Notes under the pieces: model-generated
The model's input: the letters and a program-made list of their open reading frames with translations, nothing else
Database searches by the model: none
Told to the model about the DNA's origin: nothing
Program-made: the position numbers and the translations under genes
From: a virus
Lineage: Duplodnaviria > Caudoviricetes
Strand: one strand, 5' to 3'
Virus record (IMG/VR): IMGVR_UViG_3300032294_002030
Span: 1 to 58,046 of that record
DNA: 58,046 bases
Part shown: positions 1 through 7,615 of the stretch, piece after piece
Layout: each line of letters opens with the position of its first letter
How positions within the stretch are numbered: the first letter of the stretch is position 1

Positions 1-585
1 CTGTTACGCCATCTAACACTGTTACTCCGTCTATTACACCATCAAATACCGTCACACCGTCCAACACCCCAACACCATCTAATACAGTCACGCCATCTAA
101 TACAGTTACTCCGTCTGTTACGCCATCCAACACCCCAACGCCAACAGTAACTCCTTCTCCAATATGTGCGTGTACAAATGTAGGACAGTTTAATTGGGGA
201 TTCACGTTATCGGAATATTGTTCGTCACCAAGCGTACAGAATTTTTCTGAAGATTGTAGTGGTAGAATCTTTTTAGGAACCGGGTGTGTTTCTTTATTCA
301 CGGGAGTTATTTTAATAAGTGGAACTTTATATACCGTGGTTAATGGAAATGTAACCGGAACTACGGCATGTCCATCACAAACTCCTACGCCTACTCCATC
401 GAATACGGTTACACCTTCTGTTACGCCTTCTAATACAGTTACTCCATCTAATACGGTTACGCCTTCTAATACAGCCACTCCATCCAACACTGCTACACCA
501 TCTGTTACGCCTTCTAATACAGTTACTCCATCGAATACAGTTACTCCGACCAACACTCCAACTCCTACAATAACCCCTACAAACT
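1..585 (+). repeat. Degenerate 12-18 bp coding repeats (TPSNTV/TPSV), two blocks ~1-160 and ~380-585
   Basis: Recurrent acgccttctaatacagtt-like units with synonymous variation. Confidence 0.9.
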
Positions 586-809
586 CTCCTCCAATGGGAG
601 AATGCTATGCGGTAGGACCGTTTGATACGGGGGTTGTTAGATATTATCCGGTAGGAGGAGGAACGGCTGACCTATCACCGTCAGGAAATTCACAATTCGT
701 GTGTAGTACCGCAACTCCTGTTTACATTGGATCCGGAACCAGCCCCGTAATTGGAGGATGCTTTACTTCTTGCACCAATAATTCACAATGCGTTGATTGC
801 AATGCTTAA
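3..809 (+). CDS. Mucin-like Thr/Pro/Ser repeat protein with Cys-rich modules (5'-truncated; probable virion fibre/decoration)
   Basis: Frame of ORF 336..809 is open back to base 3; TPSNTV repeats alternate with Cys-rich segments. Confidence 0.75.
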   Translation, partial: VTPSNTVTPSITPSNTVTPSNTPTPSNTVTPSNTVTPSVTPSNTPTPTVTPSPICACTNVGQFNWGFTLSEYCSSPSVQNFSEDCSGRIFLGTGCVSLFTGVILISGTLYTVVNGNVTGTTACPSQTPTPTPSNTVTPSVTPSNTVTPSNTVTPSNTATPSNTATPSVTPSNTVTPSNTVTPTNTPTPTITPTNSPPMGECYAVGPFDTGVVRYYPVGGGTADLSPSGNSQFVCSTATPVYIGSGTSPVIGGCFTSCTNNSQCVDCNA

Positions 810-834
810 TGACCACACTACAAAGGAAAATGTT

Positions 835-1074
835 ATGAATGAACAATTGCCTACCGAAGTAACAGTTCAGATTCCACTTGCGCTGGAGCAGCTTATTAAA
901 ACAAGCAATGAACTATTGAAGAACTATCAAACAAAATTAATGGAAAAAATTCAACAAGCAAACGCCGACTTAATGCAACTCATGCAGTTACACCCAAGCG
1001 CGGGATGGCGGCTTGATATGGATAGAATGGTATACACCCGCCCTATAACGGAAGACGACATCGTTCAGATGTAA
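835..1074 (+). CDS. Hypothetical coiled-coil protein
   Basis: ORF 751..1074; ATG 835 follows AAGGA and avoids the upstream overlap. Confidence 0.6.
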   Translation: MNEQLPTEVTVQIPLALEQLIKTSNELLKNYQTKLMEKIQQANADLMQLMQLHPSAGWRLDMDRMVYTRPITEDDIVQM

Positions 1075-1075
1075 T

Positions 1076-2959
1076 ATGCATCCGTCGTTAGATCAAGTAA
1101 TTTTTACTTGGGGAAAATATAAAGGACAAACGTTGGGGAATGTTAAACGAACGGCTCCTCAATACTTACAGTGGCTCTCTACCATGACATCTTTACCTGC
1201 GGTGTGGGTAGAAGCATCTAAACGAGCGTTGCTGGGAGACGATGTATCCGACTTAGCGCTTCCGCGAGTAAAAACTTCAACCGTCCCACAAAAAAAGAAT
1301 GATGAGCGTATCGGCCCAATAACCGTTGATTTAAAAACCACATCAACGGCGTTTATTATTATGCCGTATAATAAGTCATTAATGGAACAATTTAAGTATG
1401 AGATTGATGGTAGAAAGTGGGACGGTGATGAAAAACGATGGGAATTTCCGGCAGTTCATTTGCCCAAGCTTAAAAAATTATTTCCACGGGCAACGTTTTC
1501 AGACAAGGCCGATCAGTTATTATCTAAGTTAACTGAGCGTAGAGAAGAATTGGATGAAATCAGAGAACTAGAAGATACCGAATTTAAAGTTCCCGGGTTA
1601 AAACTTGATCTATTTCCATATCAAAAGATTGGAGTGCAGTTTGTAGATAGAGCCGGTGGAAGATGTTTAATAGCAGATGCTCCGGGGTTGGGAAAAACTG
1701 CACAGTCAATAGCTTACGCACAATTGCATAATCTAAAAACGCTAATCGTATGCCCATTGTCGGTTGTAGTTAATTGGAAACGTGAAATCAAAAAATTTAC
1801 CGGAAAGGAAAGCACGATATGGGACAGCAAATCATATGACGGTAAACTCGGAAATCAATTTCATATTAGTCATTTTGATGCAGTTGGTAAAAATAATCAC
1901 TGGCTTCGTGACCAAAAATTTGATTTACTTGTGTGTGACGAGGCAACCTATCTTAAAAACCGTCAAACAATACGGGCAAAAAGTATCTTGGGTTCTTGGA
2001 AAGAGCGAAGAAAATACCCCGGAATAAAAACAAAATATGTTATATTCTTGACGGGAACTCCGGTAATGTCTAGGCCAGTTGAAGCATTTTCTTTGTTGAA
2101 TTTCTTGGACAAAGAGCGGTTCAATAATTTCTATCATTTTGTACAGCGATATGGTGGATGGAGAGGCCAAGCTCCAATGAACCTTCAAGATTTACATGAT
2201 CGCACAAAAGATTTAGTTATCAGACGAAAGAAAGAAAATGTATTCAAAGAAATGCCACTAAAGCAACGAAATGATTTATATGTAGAACTAACACCGCAAG
2301 AAAGAAAAGAATATACTCAACTGCTAAAAGAAATGTTTGGTAAGTGGAAACTGGAAGGTAAACCTTCCGTTCAACACATGCCTAAGCTACAGGGGTTTTT
2401 AATCGAAAAGAAATTACCTAGGGCTATAGAAATGATAGATGAATTCTTAGACAATGATAGATCTATTTTGATTTTTAGTTGTTATCTGACTCCACTTAAA
2501 CTACTGAAAGAGCATTACGGGGACAACGCGGCAATTTTAACTGGTGAAATGAATAGAACAGACCGTCAGCAATCTATTGATAATTTAGTAAACAAAAAAG
2601 CAAAAGTGGGATTGTTTAGTCTCAGGGCGGCTGGTATGGGAATTGATGGATTGCAACATGTCATGGATACCGTGGTATTTCTTGACATGGGCTGGTTACC
2701 AGCCGAACACGAGCAAGCGGAAGATAGAACGCATAGAATTGGTCAAAAGAATCAAGTACAAGCATATTATATGATATGCGAAGAAACCATCGACGAATAT
2801 ATGCGGGATATTTTGAAAGAAAAACAAGCGATTGCCGATATAATTGTTGACGGTTCGTTAGTCACCCCTGACAGAAATAAATCAATGTTTAAAGAATTCG
2901 TACGACGAATTAATCAGAATTTAAACCAAGCGTTCAGCGAAGAAATTGAAGATTTTTAA
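1076..2959 (+). CDS. SNF2-family helicase with HARP-like domain (SMARCAL1-like)
   Basis: ADAPGLGKT, CDEATYLKN, LTGTP, QAEDRTHRIGQ motifs; GRKWDGDEKRWEFP segment. Confidence 0.9.
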   Translation: MHPSLDQVIFTWGKYKGQTLGNVKRTAPQYLQWLSTMTSLPAVWVEASKRALLGDDVSDLALPRVKTSTVPQKKNDERIGPITVDLKTTSTAFIIMPYNKSLMEQFKYEIDGRKWDGDEKRWEFPAVHLPKLKKLFPRATFSDKADQLLSKLTERREELDEIRELEDTEFKVPGLKLDLFPYQKIGVQFVDRAGGRCLIADAPGLGKTAQSIAYAQLHNLKTLIVCPLSVVVNWKREIKKFTGKESTIWDSKSYDGKLGNQFHISHFDAVGKNNHWLRDQKFDLLVCDEATYLKNRQTIRAKSILGSWKERRKYPGIKTKYVIFLTGTPVMSRPVEAFSLLNFLDKERFNNFYHFVQRYGGWRGQAPMNLQDLHDRTKDLVIRRKKENVFKEMPLKQRNDLYVELTPQERKEYTQLLKEMFGKWKLEGKPSVQHMPKLQGFLIEKKLPRAIEMIDEFLDNDRSILIFSCYLTPLKLLKEHYGDNAAILTGEMNRTDRQQSIDNLVNKKAKVGLFSLRAAGMGIDGLQHVMDTVVFLDMGWLPAEHEQAEDRTHRIGQKNQVQAYYMICEETIDEYMRDILKEKQAIADIIVDGSLVTPDRNKSMFKEFVRRINQNLNQAFSEEIEDF

Positions 2960-2973
2960 TATTTATGTAAGAG
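2959..2973 (+). promoter_or_regulatory. Putative phage late-promoter motif ATATTTATGTAAGAG
   Basis: Similar TATTTAT motif at 16109, 38498, 54723 and on minus strand at 35171-35178. Confidence 0.55.
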
Positions 2974-3004
2974 CATACAATTATAATTTATTAGGAGGTT
3001 ATGC

Positions 3005-3757
3005 ATGAGTGACACAAAGTTATATCCAAGCGAAGTTATTGATTTGCCTTCAAAGGGGTTATTCTATCCAGAAAACAGTCCTCTTCGTTCTGGCCAGATT
3101 GAGTTGAAATATATGACGGCAAAGGAAGAAGATATCTTAAGTTCAAGAAACTTAATTGAAAAAAATATTGTGTTAGATAAGTTGCTAGACAGCCTTATAC
3201 TAACACCCGGAGTAAAATCGTCTGATCTTTTGGTTGGGGATATAAATGCAGCGATGGTCGCCACAAGAATTTTAGCATATGGAAAGGACTATCCTGTTAC
3301 TGTTGTTTGTCCTAATTGTGGAAGTGAAATAGAAGAGGTTGCAGATTTAACGCAATTAAATACAAAAAACGAACCAACGGAAGCTACGAAAAAAGAGTTT
3401 ACGGTTGTTTTGCCGGTCTCAAAGGCAGAAGTTAAACTTAAGCTATTGACTAGAAAAGACGAACATGATGTTGACAAAGAAATAAAATCTCTTAAAAAGG
3501 CATCGTTAGATGTATCAAACGAGTCAACCGCTAGACTGCGGGCTATCATCGTATCAGTGAACGGAGACGCTTCCAGATCAACGGTGTGGAACTTTGTGGA
3601 AAATATGTTAGTTAGAGATTCTCGGTTCATAAAGGAGCAGTATAAAAAGCTATTGCCTGACATTGACTTGACCATAAAAGTTGCATGCACATGTGGTGAC
3701 GACCCTGTTTCCGTGAGGTTGCCGATAGGGCAAAACTTTTTTTGGCCTGACGCCTGA
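3005..3757 (+). CDS. T4 gp26-like baseplate hub assembly protein / tail assembly chaperone
   Basis: IDLPSKG..Y, MTAKEEDIL, RILAYG, CxxC motifs; strong AGGAGG RBS; upstream of tape measure. Confidence 0.75.
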   Translation: MSDTKLYPSEVIDLPSKGLFYPENSPLRSGQIELKYMTAKEEDILSSRNLIEKNIVLDKLLDSLILTPGVKSSDLLVGDINAAMVATRILAYGKDYPVTVVCPNCGSEIEEVADLTQLNTKNEPTEATKKEFTVVLPVSKAEVKLKLLTRKDEHDVDKEIKSLKKASLDVSNESTARLRAIIVSVNGDASRSTVWNFVENMLVRDSRFIKEQYKKLLPDIDLTIKVACTCGDDPVSVRLPIGQNFFWPDA

Positions 3758-3935
3758 ATATAAGGTACAGACGCACAAAGCGATGCTCACGGCAGCACAT
3801 TACTCGAAGGGCGCCTTTAGTGTTATGGAATTGTACCAAATGCCAGTTTATTTAAGAAATTTTTATATAAAAGAATTTAATGAACTTAAACGAAAAGAAT
3901 CGGATGAAATAGAAAAAGCGTCTAAGCGGAGATAA
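3738..3935 (+). CDS. Unlisted small ORF, probable frameshift extension of the upstream chaperone (FFGLTPEY...MPVYLRNFYIK...KRR)
   Basis: +1 frame opens after TAG 3726-3728, spans the T7 run at 3737-3743, stops TAA 3933-3935. Confidence 0.65.
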   Translation, partial: FFGLTPEYKVQTHKAMLTAAHYSKGAFSVMELYQMPVYLRNFYIKEFNELKRKESDEIEKASKRR

Positions 3936-3937
3936 TT

Positions 3938-4309
3938 TTGATACGTCTTTACGATCTGTTAATTCAACATGACAGAGCATATACCGGGATAGCCGTGCGC
4001 GGTTCCCCTCTTATCACAGTAACAAATAATTTTCGAGTGTATAAAGGATTGTCGATATCCGGCAGTCCTTTATATACTATTAAAAACAATAAATTATTTA
4101 ATGGTATAGCGGTATCTGGATATCCGTTGGCTACGTTAGTTGGGGATTTGATTTTCTTAGGGTCTGATGTTGCAGGAGTTCCTATAGCAAGGATTCAAAG
4201 AACACGATCTTATAAAGGAATTAATATAGCCGGTAGTCCTGTGGTTACTGTTCCTAGCGGAAACATACTAACCTTATTTGCCGCAACGTATCATGCGTTG
4301 TTGGGATAA
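3938..4309 (+). CDS. Five-repeat beta protein with C-terminal hydrophobic helix (beta-flower-like)
   Basis: Five ~19-aa (Y/F)xGxxxxGxP(L/I/V) repeats then TLFAATYHALL. Confidence 0.55.
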   Translation: MIRLYDLLIQHDRAYTGIAVRGSPLITVTNNFRVYKGLSISGSPLYTIKNNKLFNGIAVSGYPLATLVGDLIFLGSDVAGVPIARIQRTRSYKGINIAGSPVVTVPSGNILTLFAATYHALLG

Positions 4310-4312
4310 TAT

Positions 4313-7300
4313 ATGGAAATAGAAAAACAACTAGAAGAAACATATTCTCAGATTAGAACACTGCGAGAAGAGTTAGAAGGAAAGCGAGAAAAGTGGAGGT
4401 CAATGAGCACGACCGTAGTTACCTTAAAGGGTGCTGTACGGGCGGCTGTTGCTCGAATTACTGAAATAAAGAACAAAGACGCTACTTTACTTGCGGAATA
4501 TAATAAACTAAAAGAAGCGTTTGAGTCTGCGTCGAAGACAGAAAAAACAAGAATATCATCTAGAATTTCCGAAATAAACAAAGAAAGAAAGGCTATGTTA
4601 GACACCGGTAAATCCGACGCCGCGAGTATAACAAGAAACCAAGATGCCTTGCAAAAAATCGTAGATGGTACGGAGTATAAAGGACTACAGGATGAAATTT
4701 CTGGGTTGGAAGCAAAACTAGACGAGCTAGAAAAAAAGCATACCACTCTGTTTGAACAAATAGCGAAAAAGGCAGCCACTCCAGAAAAACCGGCTAAAAA
4801 ATCTAAAAAAACTACAACTCCCAAAGCACCGAAAGTAGTAGATGTTGCGCCATCTATCGTTGCTGCGGTTACCCCTACCCCAGCACCAACGACCGTTTCT
4901 GCTACTGAACCTAGCATTTCTCCAAGCTTAGTAGAACAGGTGTCCACTCCTACAACGCCTGACGTAGTGGCTCCTGCCATAGAGCCAAGTTTGGTTGCTG
5001 AATCGGCAAAGAGCACACGTAAAAAAACAACGACCCCAAGTCCAGCACCAACTGCCACATCGTCTGGTGGTGGTGGCGGAAGAAAAAAGCCACCAACTCC
5101 TGCCCCCGCTGCCTCTCCCCCGCCTCCTCCGGAAGAACGCTCCGGACCAAAGGACATTAACGCCGGTAGAGTTCATGATAAAAAAGCGGCGGAAAAAGAA
5201 GCTAGATTCACAGAAAAGCTGTATAAAGAAATACAAATTGCGCTGGAAACTCATGCAAAGTTTTTGAATGAAATAATTAATCAGCGCCGTCTACATCTGG
5301 AGCTAGAAGCAAAAGAGATGGAAGCAACTCGTGTTAGACGACAAAAGTTAGAAGCAGATTATGATAAGTGGTGGCAAAAATCATTAGATGATCGACAAAA
5401 GAAAATAGAAACAGAAGCGATATTTGAGAATAATATTCACGAACAGCGCAGAAAGCACTTAGAAAATCAAGCTAAGCAACTTGAGGTAGAAGCGAATTTC
5501 ATGAATGATTTGCACAATCAACGCGTTGCTCACATGCGTGATGAAGCAAAGATGATGAACGATGCGCTTGATAGACGTATAAAACTACAAGAAGATTATG
5601 ATGCGTGGTGGCAAAAAGCAATCTTAGAAGACGCGAAATTTCAAGATGATTTATTTAACCAACGTCAAGCGCATATGCTCAAACAAGCATATTTTGAAAA
5701 TAATTTGCATGACCAGCAGACTAAGCATATGCTTGAGCAAGCGTATTTTGAAAATAGCTTATTTGATCAAAGAAAGAAACATATGTTGGAACAAGCGTAT
5801 TTTGAAAATAGCTTATTTGATCAAAGAAAGAAACATATGTTGGAGCAGGCGTATTTTGAAGATAGTTTATTTGAACAAAGAAAGCGAGCAAAAGAAAAAC
5901 AAGAACGTGACGATAGAGAAGCGATTGGTAAGGTTAGTAAATTCGCAAACTATATCGTTGGGATATTTGCGTCTATTTCAAAAAACTTATTAGACGTAGC
6001 AAATGAAATACGAAAAGTCCAACAAATGTTTGGTGTAAATGCGGGCGTTGCGGTTAGATCAATAACATCTAGTTTTGTCGAATCCTTTAAAAGTTTGTTT
6101 TCCGGTTCGAATAATCCGTTTATAACACGAGAACAAATACTTGAAGCGGCTAGCGTTTTTCAAGAAGAGTTCGGTGGAGTCTTAACTGGAGAGGCGGCTG
6201 CATCTATTGCACAGAGAAGTGTTCGTCTTGGTATAACTCCTGCTCAACAAGCTCTTGCTAGACGAGTATTTTTAACTCAGACGGGTGGAGACAGAGAAGC
6301 CGCGATTGACGCGGAAAATAAGTTTATCGCAGAATTTGAAGCTAAAAACTTAACGGCAAAAGATGCAATGCAAGCTATTGCCGCGTATTCAGATTTGCTC
6401 GCAAGAAACGGAACTCGCTTTCAAACTTCGTTTGCGCGAGCCGCAATAGATGCTAAAAAGATAGGCGTCGATTTATCTAAGGTAGATCAAATTGGCGACA
6501 ACATTATCGGTAACTTTGAATCATTCTTAGAAAGCTCCGCTGAATTAGGAGCTATGGGATTTGGTTTAGACACAAACCGATTGGCAGAACTTGCCGAAAT
6601 GGGCGATACCGGGGCTCTTTTTAACGAGCTTCGTTCGCAATTAGCGGCTACTGGTAAAGACATAACCAGACTAAGACGGTCAGAGCAACTAGCATTATCC
6701 GAAGCGTTTGGATTATCTATAGCAGACATTCAACGACTTGCCGGAAAAACGACCGGTTCTGGCGAAAAAACGATGGAAAACTTGCAAGAAGCGGCAAACA
6801 GTACGCTATCTAGTATAGTAAATACATTAGAAAAGATATTTAATGTAACGAGTGTAATGGTTGGTGTCCTATCAGGAGCCATTTCGCTGTTGTTGGCCGG
6901 TATTGAATTTAACACTGCGCTTATTGCATCAGGAAAAGCAGTTGGTGGTATAGGGGGAGCGTTTGGTAGATTGATGGCTGGGCCATTGGGAGGAATTGGA
7001 GCCGGTGTCGGCAGAATGCTTCCTATAGCTGCATTGGCTACAACGGCTGCTACTGCAACAGTTGGGTCATATAATGCAGCAAAAGAAGGAAACCTTGCGT
7101 GGAGTTTATTAGCGGCGTTAGGCGCTGCCGGTGCGGGTGCCGGTGCAGGAGCGATGTACGGTAGCTTTTTAGGATTACCCGGCGCGGTTGCCGGTGCATT
7201 GCTTGGTGGTGCGGTTGGGTTGGGTGGAACTGTGTTGGGTGCTATGACAGGAGACGATGTTATTTCTAAGTCTGGTTATGGAAAGCGAGCACTTGTCACG

Positions 7301-7603
7301 CCTACCGCAACGGTTGCATTGAATGATAAGGATAATATCGTAGCATTTGCCGATGATATGGTTTCGCGAGAAACGGGCCTAAAGATGCTTTCGAAGGGAG
7401 AAATCGCATCCAAGGCTACGTCAACTTCACCTCCACCGTCTGTGGATTTAAGTGCATTAGAATCCAAGTTAGATAAAATTGTGACTGCAATTGCAGGAAT
7501 GGGAATATATATGGATGGTAGTAAAGTAGGAAAGGTATTGGTAAACAGCGCAGATTCTACCTCGGTAGGTGTATTCCGCACCCAAGCAAAGGCAACGTTT
7601 TAA
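4313..7603 (+). CDS. Tape measure protein
   Basis: 1096 aa helical, Ala/Gly-rich hydrophobic C-half, ends with YMDGSKVGK; position between chaperone and baseplate genes. Confidence 0.8.
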   Translation: MEIEKQLEETYSQIRTLREELEGKREKWRSMSTTVVTLKGAVRAAVARITEIKNKDATLLAEYNKLKEAFESASKTEKTRISSRISEINKERKAMLDTGKSDAASITRNQDALQKIVDGTEYKGLQDEISGLEAKLDELEKKHTTLFEQIAKKAATPEKPAKKSKKTTTPKAPKVVDVAPSIVAAVTPTPAPTTVSATEPSISPSLVEQVSTPTTPDVVAPAIEPSLVAESAKSTRKKTTTPSPAPTATSSGGGGGRKKPPTPAPAASPPPPPEERSGPKDINAGRVHDKKAAEKEARFTEKLYKEIQIALETHAKFLNEIINQRRLHLELEAKEMEATRVRRQKLEADYDKWWQKSLDDRQKKIETEAIFENNIHEQRRKHLENQAKQLEVEANFMNDLHNQRVAHMRDEAKMMNDALDRRIKLQEDYDAWWQKAILEDAKFQDDLFNQRQAHMLKQAYFENNLHDQQTKHMLEQAYFENSLFDQRKKHMLEQAYFENSLFDQRKKHMLEQAYFEDSLFEQRKRAKEKQERDDREAIGKVSKFANYIVGIFASISKNLLDVANEIRKVQQMFGVNAGVAVRSITSSFVESFKSLFSGSNNPFITREQILEAASVFQEEFGGVLTGEAAASIAQRSVRLGITPAQQALARRVFLTQTGGDREAAIDAENKFIAEFEAKNLTAKDAMQAIAAYSDLLARNGTRFQTSFARAAIDAKKIGVDLSKVDQIGDNIIGNFESFLESSAELGAMGFGLDTNRLAELAEMGDTGALFNELRSQLAATGKDITRLRRSEQLALSEAFGLSIADIQRLAGKTTGSGEKTMENLQEAANSTLSSIVNTLEKIFNVTSVMVGVLSGAISLLLAGIEFNTALIASGKAVGGIGGAFGRLMAGPLGGIGAGVGRMLPIAALATTAATATVGSYNAAKEGNLAWSLLAALGAAGAGAGAGAMYGSFLGLPGAVAGALLGGAVGLGGTVLGAMTGDDVISKSGYGKRALVTPTATVALNDKDNIVAFADDMVSRETGLKMLSKGEIASKATSTSPPPSVDLSALESKLDKIVTAIAGMGIYMDGSKVGKVLVNSADSTSVGVFRTQAKATF
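5672..5887 (+). repeat. Four 54-bp tandem coding repeats (HMLEQAYFENSLFDQRKK)
   Basis: Units start 5672, 5726, 5780, 5834; middle two nearly identical. Confidence 0.95.
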
Positions 7604-7615
7604 TGAGATTTAATA

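Noticed and set aside
1-585. Repeat array as CRISPR or non-coding satellite
   Set aside because: Units vary at synonymous positions, stay in one open frame and have no unique spacers
4348-5157. 269-aa minus-strand ORF and the many other antisense ORFs in the track
   Set aside because: Shadows of plus-strand genes, without RBS or recognisable motifs
5672-5887. 54-bp repeats as a CRISPR-like array
   Set aside because: Head-to-tail in-frame coding repeats with no spacers
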